Assembly: GCF_004134945.1 (NCBI RefSeq)
Contig: NZ_SBAP01000001.1
Span: 83,401 to 147,400, forward strand
Direction of reading: 5' to 3'
DNA: 64,000 nucleotides
Origin: Fusobacterium necrophorum
GTDB lineage: Bacteria > Fusobacteriota > Fusobacteriia > Fusobacteriales > Fusobacteriaceae
The notes under the pieces are model-generated. The model searched no databases and was not told where the DNA came from. It saw only the letters and a list, made by a program, of their open reading frames with translations. A program made the translations under genes and the position numbers. This document shows, one piece after another, positions 8,883 through 17,275 of this stretch; position 1 is the stretch's first letter, and every line of letters begins with the position of its first letter.

Positions 8883-10193
8883 TCATTTTAAATATGTCTT
8901 TAAAAATTCTCTCATATCTTCCTCCGGTACCATACTTCCACCGGTAGCCCAACAAATATGATAGGCATTCTTGACAGTATCTCCCAAAAAATCATCCACA
9001 TATTTTTTACTTTCTTCATAATGTAGAAGAGAAACTACCCCTTCGAATGCTGCACAAGAAGAAGGCTCGATTCTCTTATTTTCCGTTTCATCTAAACAGC
9101 GTAAATAATCATATAATTTATAATCCTGCACGGTAAAAATACCACTCAAAATAGGGTCCATCAGTCTTCCAATCAGTCCGGAAGGTCTCGCCACTGCCAA
9201 TCCGTCGGCATGAGTCATCCCATAAATTCCTATATCATTGACACTGATTTTTTCGTGTAATCCGCTTTCCATTCCAAGTAACATACAAGGTGCCAAAGTA
9301 GGTTCCACAAAAAAAATATGTACATTCTCTTTAAAAATTCTTTTTAATCCATAAGCTACTCCTCCGGGAGCTCCTCCTACACCACATGGAATATATACTA
9401 TTAAAGGATGTCTCTCATCTATTACAATTTCTTTTTCATCCAATTGTCTTTTCATTCTTTTGGCTGCAACCGTATATCCTAAAAATAAATCCATGGATTT
9501 TTCATCATCTACAAAATAACTCATAGGGTCTAAATTCGAATTGCTTCTCCCTTCTTCTACCGCTTTTCCATAGTCACTGTCATATTCTATGACCTGAACT
9601 CCTTTAGAACGTAACATATCTTTTTTCCATTGTTTTGCATCTGCTGACATATGAACAATCACCTGAAATCCTAATGCTGCACTGGTAATCCCTATACTTA
9701 ATCCTAAATTTCCGGTCGACCCGACTTGAATTTTATACTTCGAGAAAAATTTCTTAAATCTATCCTCTGCCAATATGGCATAATTATCCTCTATTTTTAA
9801 TAAGCCCGCTTCCATTGCCAATTCTTCCGCATGTTTTAACACTTCATAAACTCCTCCTCTAGCCTTTATGGAACCGGCTACAGGCAAGTGACTGTCCATT
9901 TTCAAATATAATGTTCCGGGAATTTTTACCTTATATTTTTCTTCCAAAGCCTTCTGCATCTGAAAAATTTCTTCTAAAGGCGATTCAATAATTCCTTTTG
10001 TAGGGACTGTTTCCGGAAATACTTTTTGAAGAAAAGGAGCAAATCTTTCCAATCTCTTTTCCGCTTGCAACAATTCTTCATCTGAAATTGGTATCTTTTC
10101 TTCGTATGTCTTATAGTCTATTCTTTTAGGATTCATCCATACCATTTCTTCCTTTTTTTCCAATTTTTGAATCACATCAGTCTTCTTTAACAT
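8883..10193 (-). CDS. dsdA: D-serine ammonia-lyase (D-serine dehydratase), PLP-dependent
   Basis: 436 aa. Lys-containing PLP motif GSIKARGGVYEVL is characteristic of DsdA. Adjacent to a GntP-family permease, matching the dsdX-dsdA arrangement. Confidence 0.8.
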   Translation of the reverse strand: MLKKTDVIQKLEKKEEMVWMNPKRIDYKTYEEKIPISDEELLQAEKRLERFAPFLQKVFPETVPTKGIIESPLEEIFQMQKALEEKYKVKIPGTLYLKMDSHLPVAGSIKARGGVYEVLKHAEELAMEAGLLKIEDNYAILAEDRFKKFFSKYKIQVGSTGNLGLSIGITSAALGFQVIVHMSADAKQWKKDMLRSKGVQVIEYDSDYGKAVEEGRSNSNLDPMSYFVDDEKSMDLFLGYTVAAKRMKRQLDEKEIVIDERHPLIVYIPCGVGGAPGGVAYGLKRIFKENVHIFFVEPTLAPCMLLGMESGLHEKISVNDIGIYGMTHADGLAVARPSGLIGRLMDPILSGIFTVQDYKLYDYLRCLDETENKRIEPSSCAAFEGVVSLLHYEESKKYVDDFLGDTVKNAYHICWATGGSMVPEEDMREFLKTYLK

Positions 10194-10210
10194 CCTTCCT
10201 CCTTAAATCC

Positions 10211-11560
10211 TTATAGAAAAATCATTTTTAGTATCATCACACAAACCAAAGCTACAAAAGATTGTAAAATACTAATCAATGGAAATACCTTATATGCCAC
10301 CTCCGGTTTCATTCCGGAAGTAGAAACCACTACCCAGAAAAAATCATCATTTCCATGAAAAACCATAAAGCCTCCGGCAGCACAAGCCAACATGGCAATG
10401 ACTAATCCCATCGGAGAATGGAAGCCTAAAACATCTACTAAAGGCAATAACATCGAAGCTGCGGTAATCATTCCCACCGTTCCGGAACCGATAGCCGTCC
10501 TAAAAATAGCCCCTATTATATAAGGAACAATAATTCCTATGGATACTCCGGCAAATAAATTCATTACAATTTCTTGCAAGTTGGATAACTTTAACACAGT
10601 CGCAAAGGCTCCACCGGCACCGACAATCAAAACAATTTGTCCGGCTGTCTTCAAAGCTTCTCCAAATATTCCATCAAAAGTCCAAACTTCTTTATCATTC
10701 GGATACACCGATTTGTAAGTGAAAAAAGCGATAACAAGTCCTATAAATAAAGCGACAATAGTTTGTCCTAAAGAGTCAACAACTCGGTATAAAACTCCTT
10801 CTCCCAACGGTCTTGATTGTAAGGTAGCTATTGTTCTTAACAACATCAAGAAAATAGGAAGCAAAATAGGAGAGAAACTCATAGCTGCACTTGGTAATTT
10901 TTTTGTTTTCCCCACAGAATTGGCTTCTTCGATTTCAGGAAGAAAATAATATTTTTTTCCAAAAATTCTTCCGGCTAAAATAGCTATTATGGTTACAGGG
11001 ATGGAAACCAACATACCGCATAGGATAACCAGACCTAAATTGGAACCTAAAATTCCTGCTACTGCCAATGGACCCGGTGTTGGAGGGACTAGCATATGAG
11101 TGGCATGAAGTCCCATTGCCAATGCTACTGTCATGGTAGTCATACTTCCTCCCGTATCCTTACTTATTCTTTTCGCCAAGGGAGATAATAAGACAAAAGC
11201 GGAATCACAAAAAACAGGAATAGAAACGAAATATCCCGTGACTGCTAAGCCTATATCAGCATTTTTTCTTCCTGTCATCTTTAATATTGTTTCCGCCATG
11301 GTCTCTGCCGCTCCGCTATTTTCTAAGAGAGCACCCATAACAGTCCCTATAGCAATCACAACCCCAATTCCGGCAATCGTTCCGCCCAATCCCTCTGAAT
11401 AAGCCCCAATAATATCCGGAACGGAATGTCCGGATACCAATCCAAAGAAAAAAGCACTAATGGTCAAAGCAAAAAATGGATGTAATTTCATTTTAATAGT
11501 AAGTAAAACCAATAGTAATATTGATAACAAAATGGCAATAATTGTAAATGACGTTCCCAT
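10211..11560 (-). CDS. dsdX: GntP-family permease, probable D-serine transporter
   Basis: 449 aa polytopic membrane protein. GntP family by length and by sequence features; immediately upstream of dsdA. GGGAGG RBS upstream. Confidence 0.75.
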   Translation of the reverse strand: MGTSFTIIAILLSILLLVLLTIKMKLHPFFALTISAFFFGLVSGHSVPDIIGAYSEGLGGTIAGIGVVIAIGTVMGALLENSGAAETMAETILKMTGRKNADIGLAVTGYFVSIPVFCDSAFVLLSPLAKRISKDTGGSMTTMTVALAMGLHATHMLVPPTPGPLAVAGILGSNLGLVILCGMLVSIPVTIIAILAGRIFGKKYYFLPEIEEANSVGKTKKLPSAAMSFSPILLPIFLMLLRTIATLQSRPLGEGVLYRVVDSLGQTIVALFIGLVIAFFTYKSVYPNDKEVWTFDGIFGEALKTAGQIVLIVGAGGAFATVLKLSNLQEIVMNLFAGVSIGIIVPYIIGAIFRTAIGSGTVGMITAASMLLPLVDVLGFHSPMGLVIAMLACAAGGFMVFHGNDDFFWVVVSTSGMKPEVAYKVFPLISILQSFVALVCVMILKMIFL

Positions 11561-11942
11561 AAAATACCTCCCTATTTTTATTTGAAAATAACGTTATTTT
11601 ATACTTTTGAATCTATCAATATTTATTACTATTTCCAAGATCTCTATTTCTACTTTTTTCTCTAAAAAAATTTAATTATATTTAAAGTATATTTTTTATC
11701 TCCTCAATGAAACTTTTTTTATTTATTTTTATTTAACTATTTCTTATTTTTACATTTACTTTATATAAGTTTACCTCGTAAAATATAGAAAGTCAATATT
11801 AAAAATTAAATTATATTTAATTTTTATCTTAAAGCTTCGATTATTGAATTTAATATGATTTAATTTTAAAAGTAGCTGGATGAAAATAAAAAATTATTAT
11901 ATAATATAAATGAAAAAATAGTGCTTTAAGAAAGGATTAACA

Positions 11943-12497
11943 ATGAATTATGAGATAAATATAGGAAAGACGATAAAAAATATACGAATTTCAAAAGGCT
12001 TACTTCTGAAAGAGGTTGCCTCCAAATGTGACATTTCTTCCTCTATGCTAAGTCAAATCGAGAAAGGGAACGCCAATCCTTCTTTAAATACAATCAAAGC
12101 GATTGCTCAAGCTTTGGAAGTTCCTTTATTTACATTTTTTATAAACTCGGAAGAAACAGAGTATCCCTTTCATATCGTAAAAAAAGAAGAGAGAAAAAGG
12201 ATAAGTACGGAAAATGTTATCTACGAACTTTTAACTCCAAAAGTAGAAAGTAAGATTGAGTTTATGCAAATGACCTTACGGAAAAATGCAGAAACTTCCG
12301 TTCGCCCTATGTCACATAAGGGAGAAGAGGTTGCTGTCCTATTGGAAGGAAAAGTCGAACTGACAATAGGCAATTCTTCCATTACTTTATCCCCTGGAGA
12401 TTCTGTTCATATCCCGGCAATGGCTCCTCATAAATGGAAAAATCTTCAACAGGAAAAAAGTATCGTATTATTTTCAGTAACTCCACCTGAATTTTAA
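11943..12497 (+). CDS. XRE-family HTH regulator with C-terminal cupin domain
   Basis: N-terminal HTH_3 (IRISKGLLLKEVASKCDISSSMLSQIEKGNANPSLNTIKAIAQAL). C-terminal cupin-like beta-barrel with a conserved His (PHKWKN). Divergent from dsdX across a 382-bp AT-rich region. Confidence 0.8.
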   Translation: MNYEINIGKTIKNIRISKGLLLKEVASKCDISSSMLSQIEKGNANPSLNTIKAIAQALEVPLFTFFINSEETEYPFHIVKKEERKRISTENVIYELLTPKVESKIEFMQMTLRKNAETSVRPMSHKGEEVAVLLEGKVELTIGNSSITLSPGDSVHIPAMAPHKWKNLQQEKSIVLFSVTPPEF

Positions 12498-12522
12498 TCA
12501 TTCTTTATCGGAGCCTCTATGT

Positions 12523-12558
12523 AAAAAAACTCACCAAATCATATAGGTGAGCTTTTTT
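12523..12558. terminator. Bidirectional terminator between convergent XRE-cupin gene and amidotransferase gene. Shares the ctcacc-(a/t)aatcatata-ggtgag core with the 8825-8860 hairpin
   Basis: Inverted repeat aaaaaaactcacc / ggtgagctttttt with one mismatch, flanked by A-run and T-run. Confidence 0.6.
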
Positions 12559-12562
12559 ATTT

Positions 12563-13306
12563 TTATTTCTTTCTTCTCTTGACTTCTTGAATAAAATGCT
12601 GAAAAAGATTGAGAGCAAATGTATGATGACGATGCATCATTTCCGGATGAAATTGTACTCCTACAAAAAATTGTTCCTCTGTAATCCATTCAATCGCTTC
12701 TATCACTCCATCAGGAGCCTTTCCTACTATCCTTAAAGATTCTCCTAAATCCTTAATTGCCAAGTGATGATAAGAATTCACTCTTCCTTTTTGTCCCATG
12801 CTCTTTGCCAAAAAACTGTCCTCTTCAACTATAATCCCGTGAGTTGCTTCATAATAGTTTGCCTGCTGCACATGTTGAATATAAGCTCCCGGAATTTCTG
12901 AAATATCCTGATACAAACTTCCACCGAAAGCAACATTGATCATCTGATGCCCTCGACAAATTCCCAATACCGGCTTTTGCATTTCTTTCGCATAGCGAAT
13001 CACTAACATTTCATATTGATCTCTTCTCGGGTAAATTCTTTGATATTTCCTTCCAATTTCTTCTCCCCAATAACTGGGATCTATATCATATCCTCCCGAT
13101 AAAAGGATAGCATCCACTCGAGACACCATCTCTTTTATATTTTCTTCCTCTTCTACAATCGGTAATATGATTGGAATTCCGCCTGCTTTTTCGACTGCCG
13201 AAATATAGTCATCATTCACATAAGCTCTTTCATAAGCGGAAAAAATATCATCTCCTCCACAAGTGATAATACTCCCTGTAATTCCTATTAAAGCTTTCAT
13301 AGCCAC
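12563..13306 (-). CDS. Class I glutamine amidotransferase-like / peptidase C26 family (gamma-glutamyl-GABA hydrolase PuuD-like)
   Basis: Nucleophile elbow LGICRGHQMINVAFGG and a C-terminal His (FHPE) typical of the C26/GATase1 family. Confidence 0.8.
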   Translation of the reverse strand: MAMKALIGITGSIITCGGDDIFSAYERAYVNDDYISAVEKAGGIPIILPIVEEEENIKEMVSRVDAILLSGGYDIDPSYWGEEIGRKYQRIYPRRDQYEMLVIRYAKEMQKPVLGICRGHQMINVAFGGSLYQDISEIPGAYIQHVQQANYYEATHGIIVEEDSFLAKSMGQKGRVNSYHHLAIKDLGESLRIVGKAPDGVIEAIEWITEEQFFVGVQFHPEMMHRHHTFALNLFQHFIQEVKRRKK

Positions 13307-13881
13307 TCCTTTCTCAAGCCCATTAAAATTTCATCATGGTAGCTTCCGTCTTTCAAGCGATAAGCTTTTGGAATTCTTCCCCATTCTTGAAACCCAAACT
13401 CATGATACATTTTTTTAGCTCTATAATTATCGGCAAATACACCCAATTCTATTTGTTCATATCCTAATTCAAAAGCCAACAGAATAGAATTGTGTGTCAG
13501 TATTTTTCCAATTCCGTTTCCCCAATGCTTCTCTTCTACACAAATTCCAAAACTCGCCCTATGCAAAACTTTTTTCTTCTCCATCCACGGCATAATCCCT
13601 GCACTGGCAATTATTTTATCTTTATAGTACACACAAAGAATAAATTGACGTTGCGTTTTTTGAAATGATTTTAACATTTCCCTTTCTTCTTCCTCTGTCA
13701 TTGTCAATTCTTCCCGGTATGTCAATAAAAAATCCGTTTCCCCTCTGACTCTTTTAGAATGTTCCAAAAGAGCTTTTGCATCTTCTTCTCGAGCTATTTT
13801 TATCGTATAAATCTCTTGATTTTTCGCCAAAAATTCCTGTTGTATGAATTCCATCCTCCACCTTTTAGAACTTTTTATCAT
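13297..13881 (-). CDS. GNAT-family N-acetyltransferase
   Basis: 194 aa. Acetyl-CoA binding motif (VEEKHWGNGIGKIL). Overlaps the downstream amidotransferase gene by 10 nt. Confidence 0.75.
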   Translation of the reverse strand: MIKSSKRWRMEFIQQEFLAKNQEIYTIKIAREEDAKALLEHSKRVRGETDFLLTYREELTMTEEEEREMLKSFQKTQRQFILCVYYKDKIIASAGIMPWMEKKKVLHRASFGICVEEKHWGNGIGKILTHNSILLAFELGYEQIELGVFADNYRAKKMYHEFGFQEWGRIPKAYRLKDGSYHDEILMGLRKEWL

Positions 13882-14249
13882 TTGCTCTGTACCTCTTTCT
13901 CTCGTCTATAGATAGACCGCTTCATGCATTCTACCCATTATATAATACATTTTTAATTTTTTATACAAAAGATTAAAATTCTTTTTACATCTTTTGTAAT
14001 TTCAAAAAATTGACGATACTCCATATGTTCATCAAAGTTAAAATAAGCTATATTTCTATATATGTATCACACTTTTTTTAATAAATAAAGAGATAAATAT
14101 CACATTTTTAAAAAATCATATTACCCGGCTCTCCTCTTGGATTTTCTGAAGTATCTCACTACAAGTTTCTGTCAAAAGTCACATTGATCATTTCCTTGAA
14201 AATTCCCAATATCAGCTTTCACATTTCATATTTGTAATAGTACAAAATA

Positions 14250-17249
14250 TTAAAATTTTTCCGAAAATTTTTCAAAGTTACTAGTCACTTGAAAATGGAT
14301 GTCTTTTGAAATTGCTTCAAAATGTTTTTTTCCACAGCTGATTTTTAAATTTTCTGTTTCCCTTCTGTTTTCCTCCAATACAGATCCTTTTGTTTCCACG
14401 ATAAAATATAATTTTTCTTCTTCTTTGTTTAAATCCGGCTTCACAAGTACTGCCCAATCAGGATTATAGTTTCCTAAAGGAGTGGATATTTTAAACCAAC
14501 TTGGAAGTTTTGTATAGACTTTAATATTTCCATTTTTTTCTAATCCTTTAGCAAATTCTCTTTCTACATCAGAATCAATAATAATATCCATGTATGGAGT
14601 TTTTTCTGTTTTTATCATATTCCCTTGTTTGTTCATCTCATCTTTCAAATATCCAAAAATTTCATTATTTTCAAATAGTTCTTGTGAATAATATTCCATA
14701 TCTCCTATTTTTTCATATTTGATTCCATCCACGATAAATAGCTTCATCGTTCTTTTTATAATACTGCTAGCTTGTTCCAAATAAAGTTGAGGATTTTTCT
14801 TAAAACTATGTAAAGTGCCGGATTCCGTTAAAATTCTTACTATACTTCTTCTTGTAAGATTGGTTTCATTTTGTAAATAGGTAATAATATCCGGTAATTT
14901 AAATCTATGATCTACATCTATATTTTCCTCTACTGCATAGGATTTTTCTTCCTCAATTCCTCCTTTGGTAATGGCCAATCTTTTTTTATCATATAAAAAT
15001 TTTTCTTTCGGTATATAGACTTCATCACCTAAGTTTTTAATACATCGCTTGATTAATTCTTCTCCATCAAAATTTACCTGATATGTTGTTTTATACTTGA
15101 TTCGATTCCATAATTCTTTGAATTCTTCGCTTAAAAACACTTTTTTATTTAATGTTATTTTCTTTTTTTCGTTAGCATTTTTAATGACTAACTTTCCCAT
15201 TGTAGCCTTAAGTTTTTGAAGAATACTTTTCTTTATGTCATAAAATTCTTCTGCCAGTTCTACTTTTCCCTCTTGTAAATCATATTTTAGTTTTTCTTTT
15301 GCATTTCCTCTTTCATCAATATAATCTTTTTTTATTAACTCTCGATATATTTCTTTTGACTTTTCATGACCAAGAAACATTTCTTTTCCATTTTCATCTT
15401 TCGCCATAATATTTGCAAAAATAAAGTTCTCTATCAATCCAAATTTAATATTTTCTTCTTTCTCCATTTCTTTTTGTAAAGATTCTACAAACTGCTCATA
15501 AGATTCATTTGCCATCACGGTTAAAGTATTTACATCAAAACCTCGAACTCTTTCCCCCTCTTGATTCACAGCAATTCGAAGTCCTCTTCCAATTTCCTGT
15601 CTTTTCTTAATTTCCGAAGTCGTTTCATTCAAAGTACAGATTTGAAATACATTCGGGTTATCCCAACCTTCTTTTAAAGCAGAGTGAGAAAAAATAAATG
15701 CCAAAGGCTCTTCAAAACTTAGAAGTTTTTCCTTATCTTTCATGATTTTCGTAAAAGTATCATTATCAGCATTCGTATTTCCTTTTGTATCTTTCTCTTC
15801 GAAGTACTCTACTCCAGTTTTACTTTTCTTTTTATCTACTGAAAAATATCCGTCATGAGCTGAGGCTGCTTGTTGATACAAAGGAAGAGACAAATTTCTA
15901 AGTTCAGAGTATTCAGGCAATTCTAAAAGCTTATTATATTCCTCTTCAAAGATGACAGCATATTTTCCTTTTTTAGCTTCTCCTGTTTCCACATCATAAA
16001 TTCTATAATTAGCCACTTTATCTATAAAGAAAAGGGATAGAACCTTGATTCCTTTCTTTTTCAAAGCTATCTGCTTATCAAAATGTTCTTGGATGGTTTT
16101 TCTTATCTGTAATCTTTTTATTACATTCGGATCTTCTCCGCCATTCACTTGTCCTAGGAACAATGTTACTTTTCCAAAATCTATAAAAGATTTCGTCGGA
16201 TCTTTTTCGTTATATGTAATTTCATTTACGATATAGCCATCGTAAATATCTCTTTTTGCCTTTTCACTTAAACTATCTCCTTTTGCTATTTTTACTTTTT
16301 TTCTATTAACTCCATTTTTTGATTTCATATCAAGTTCAATCTCAGCTACCGGCAAGCTTTTACTAAGTTTTATATTGATAACTTTAATATATTCTGTATT
16401 TGCATTTTGAGTTACTCCTACCGTGGCAACCTCTATTTGTTTTACCAACTTCTTTTCATAGGCATCTATGGAATCCAACTTAAAGACAGAATTGTATTTT
16501 TCTTTATGAGTTGCAGAATATCTCAAGGTATACAAAGGATTTAATGTTTGTATCGCTTTCTTTGCTATTTCACTTTCCATATTTTGTGGCTCATCCACAA
16601 TTACAATTGGATTACATTGACTGATGTAATCAATGGGTCGATATCCATTCGCCTGATCTCTTTCTTGATTAATAATATTTGTGTCCTTATTAAAAGAATC
16701 TATATTCATAATTAAAATTTGTATTGTATCGTTAACAGCAAAATTTCGTATCATATTTATTTTTTTAGAGTCATAGATAAAGTAATCATAAGGCGTATTT
16801 TCATAGAGACTTTTAAAATGTTCTTCTGTTATCTGAAGTGTTTTATACACTCCTTCTTTGATTGCAATGGATGGAACCACAATGATAAATTTGGTAAATC
16901 CATATTTTTTATTCAGTTCCATGATAGTTCTTAAATAAACATAGGTTTTTCCTGTTCCTGTCTCCATTTCAATGGAAAAATGATAATTATTTTTTCCTAA
17001 TACTTCGGTTTTTGCTAAACCATTTCTAGTTTGAATCTTATTTACATTCTCTAAAATTTCCTCAGGAAATAGTAAAAGTTTATTTCCTGTCCCTAAATCA
17101 TTTTCTTCAGAAATAATACTTAATTGAGGATTCTTTGTTTTTTCCACTGTAAACACCGTCTTGGCTATTTCCTGTCCCGAAAATATATCCGTGATAGAGT
17201 TTATCGCTTCCAACTGATATTCTAAATTCTCTTCAAATTTAATTTTCAT
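14250..17249 (-). CDS. res: Type III restriction enzyme, Res subunit (SF2 helicase plus PD-(D/E)xK nuclease)
   Basis: 999 aa. Helicase motif I (METGTGKTYV) and motif II (VIVDEPQNM). C-terminal PD-(D/E)xK nuclease core (NPDWAVLV...FIVETKGS). Sits directly downstream of mod, as in Type III systems. Confidence 0.9.
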   Translation of the reverse strand: MKIKFEENLEYQLEAINSITDIFSGQEIAKTVFTVEKTKNPQLSIISEENDLGTGNKLLLFPEEILENVNKIQTRNGLAKTEVLGKNNYHFSIEMETGTGKTYVYLRTIMELNKKYGFTKFIIVVPSIAIKEGVYKTLQITEEHFKSLYENTPYDYFIYDSKKINMIRNFAVNDTIQILIMNIDSFNKDTNIINQERDQANGYRPIDYISQCNPIVIVDEPQNMESEIAKKAIQTLNPLYTLRYSATHKEKYNSVFKLDSIDAYEKKLVKQIEVATVGVTQNANTEYIKVINIKLSKSLPVAEIELDMKSKNGVNRKKVKIAKGDSLSEKAKRDIYDGYIVNEITYNEKDPTKSFIDFGKVTLFLGQVNGGEDPNVIKRLQIRKTIQEHFDKQIALKKKGIKVLSLFFIDKVANYRIYDVETGEAKKGKYAVIFEEEYNKLLELPEYSELRNLSLPLYQQAASAHDGYFSVDKKKSKTGVEYFEEKDTKGNTNADNDTFTKIMKDKEKLLSFEEPLAFIFSHSALKEGWDNPNVFQICTLNETTSEIKKRQEIGRGLRIAVNQEGERVRGFDVNTLTVMANESYEQFVESLQKEMEKEENIKFGLIENFIFANIMAKDENGKEMFLGHEKSKEIYRELIKKDYIDERGNAKEKLKYDLQEGKVELAEEFYDIKKSILQKLKATMGKLVIKNANEKKKITLNKKVFLSEEFKELWNRIKYKTTYQVNFDGEELIKRCIKNLGDEVYIPKEKFLYDKKRLAITKGGIEEEKSYAVEENIDVDHRFKLPDIITYLQNETNLTRRSIVRILTESGTLHSFKKNPQLYLEQASSIIKRTMKLFIVDGIKYEKIGDMEYYSQELFENNEIFGYLKDEMNKQGNMIKTEKTPYMDIIIDSDVEREFAKGLEKNGNIKVYTKLPSWFKISTPLGNYNPDWAVLVKPDLNKEEEKLYFIVETKGSVLEENRRETENLKISCGKKHFEAISKDIHFQVTSNFEKFSEKF

Positions 17250-17275
17250 ACTCTTCTCCTATATGCGTATACTTC

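Noticed and set aside
12563-13881. Amidotransferase-GNAT overlapping pair as a toxin-antitoxin-like module
   Set aside because: Both proteins are enzyme-sized and have ordinary catalytic motifs. Nothing suggests TA function beyond the 10-nt overlap.
13882-14249. Direct repeat of the tRNA-Asp 3' end, which would mark the far boundary of a tRNA-integrated island
   Set aside because: No convincing copy of tggcgggagtgacg or its complement is visible in the GNAT-res spacer, so island borders remain undefined.
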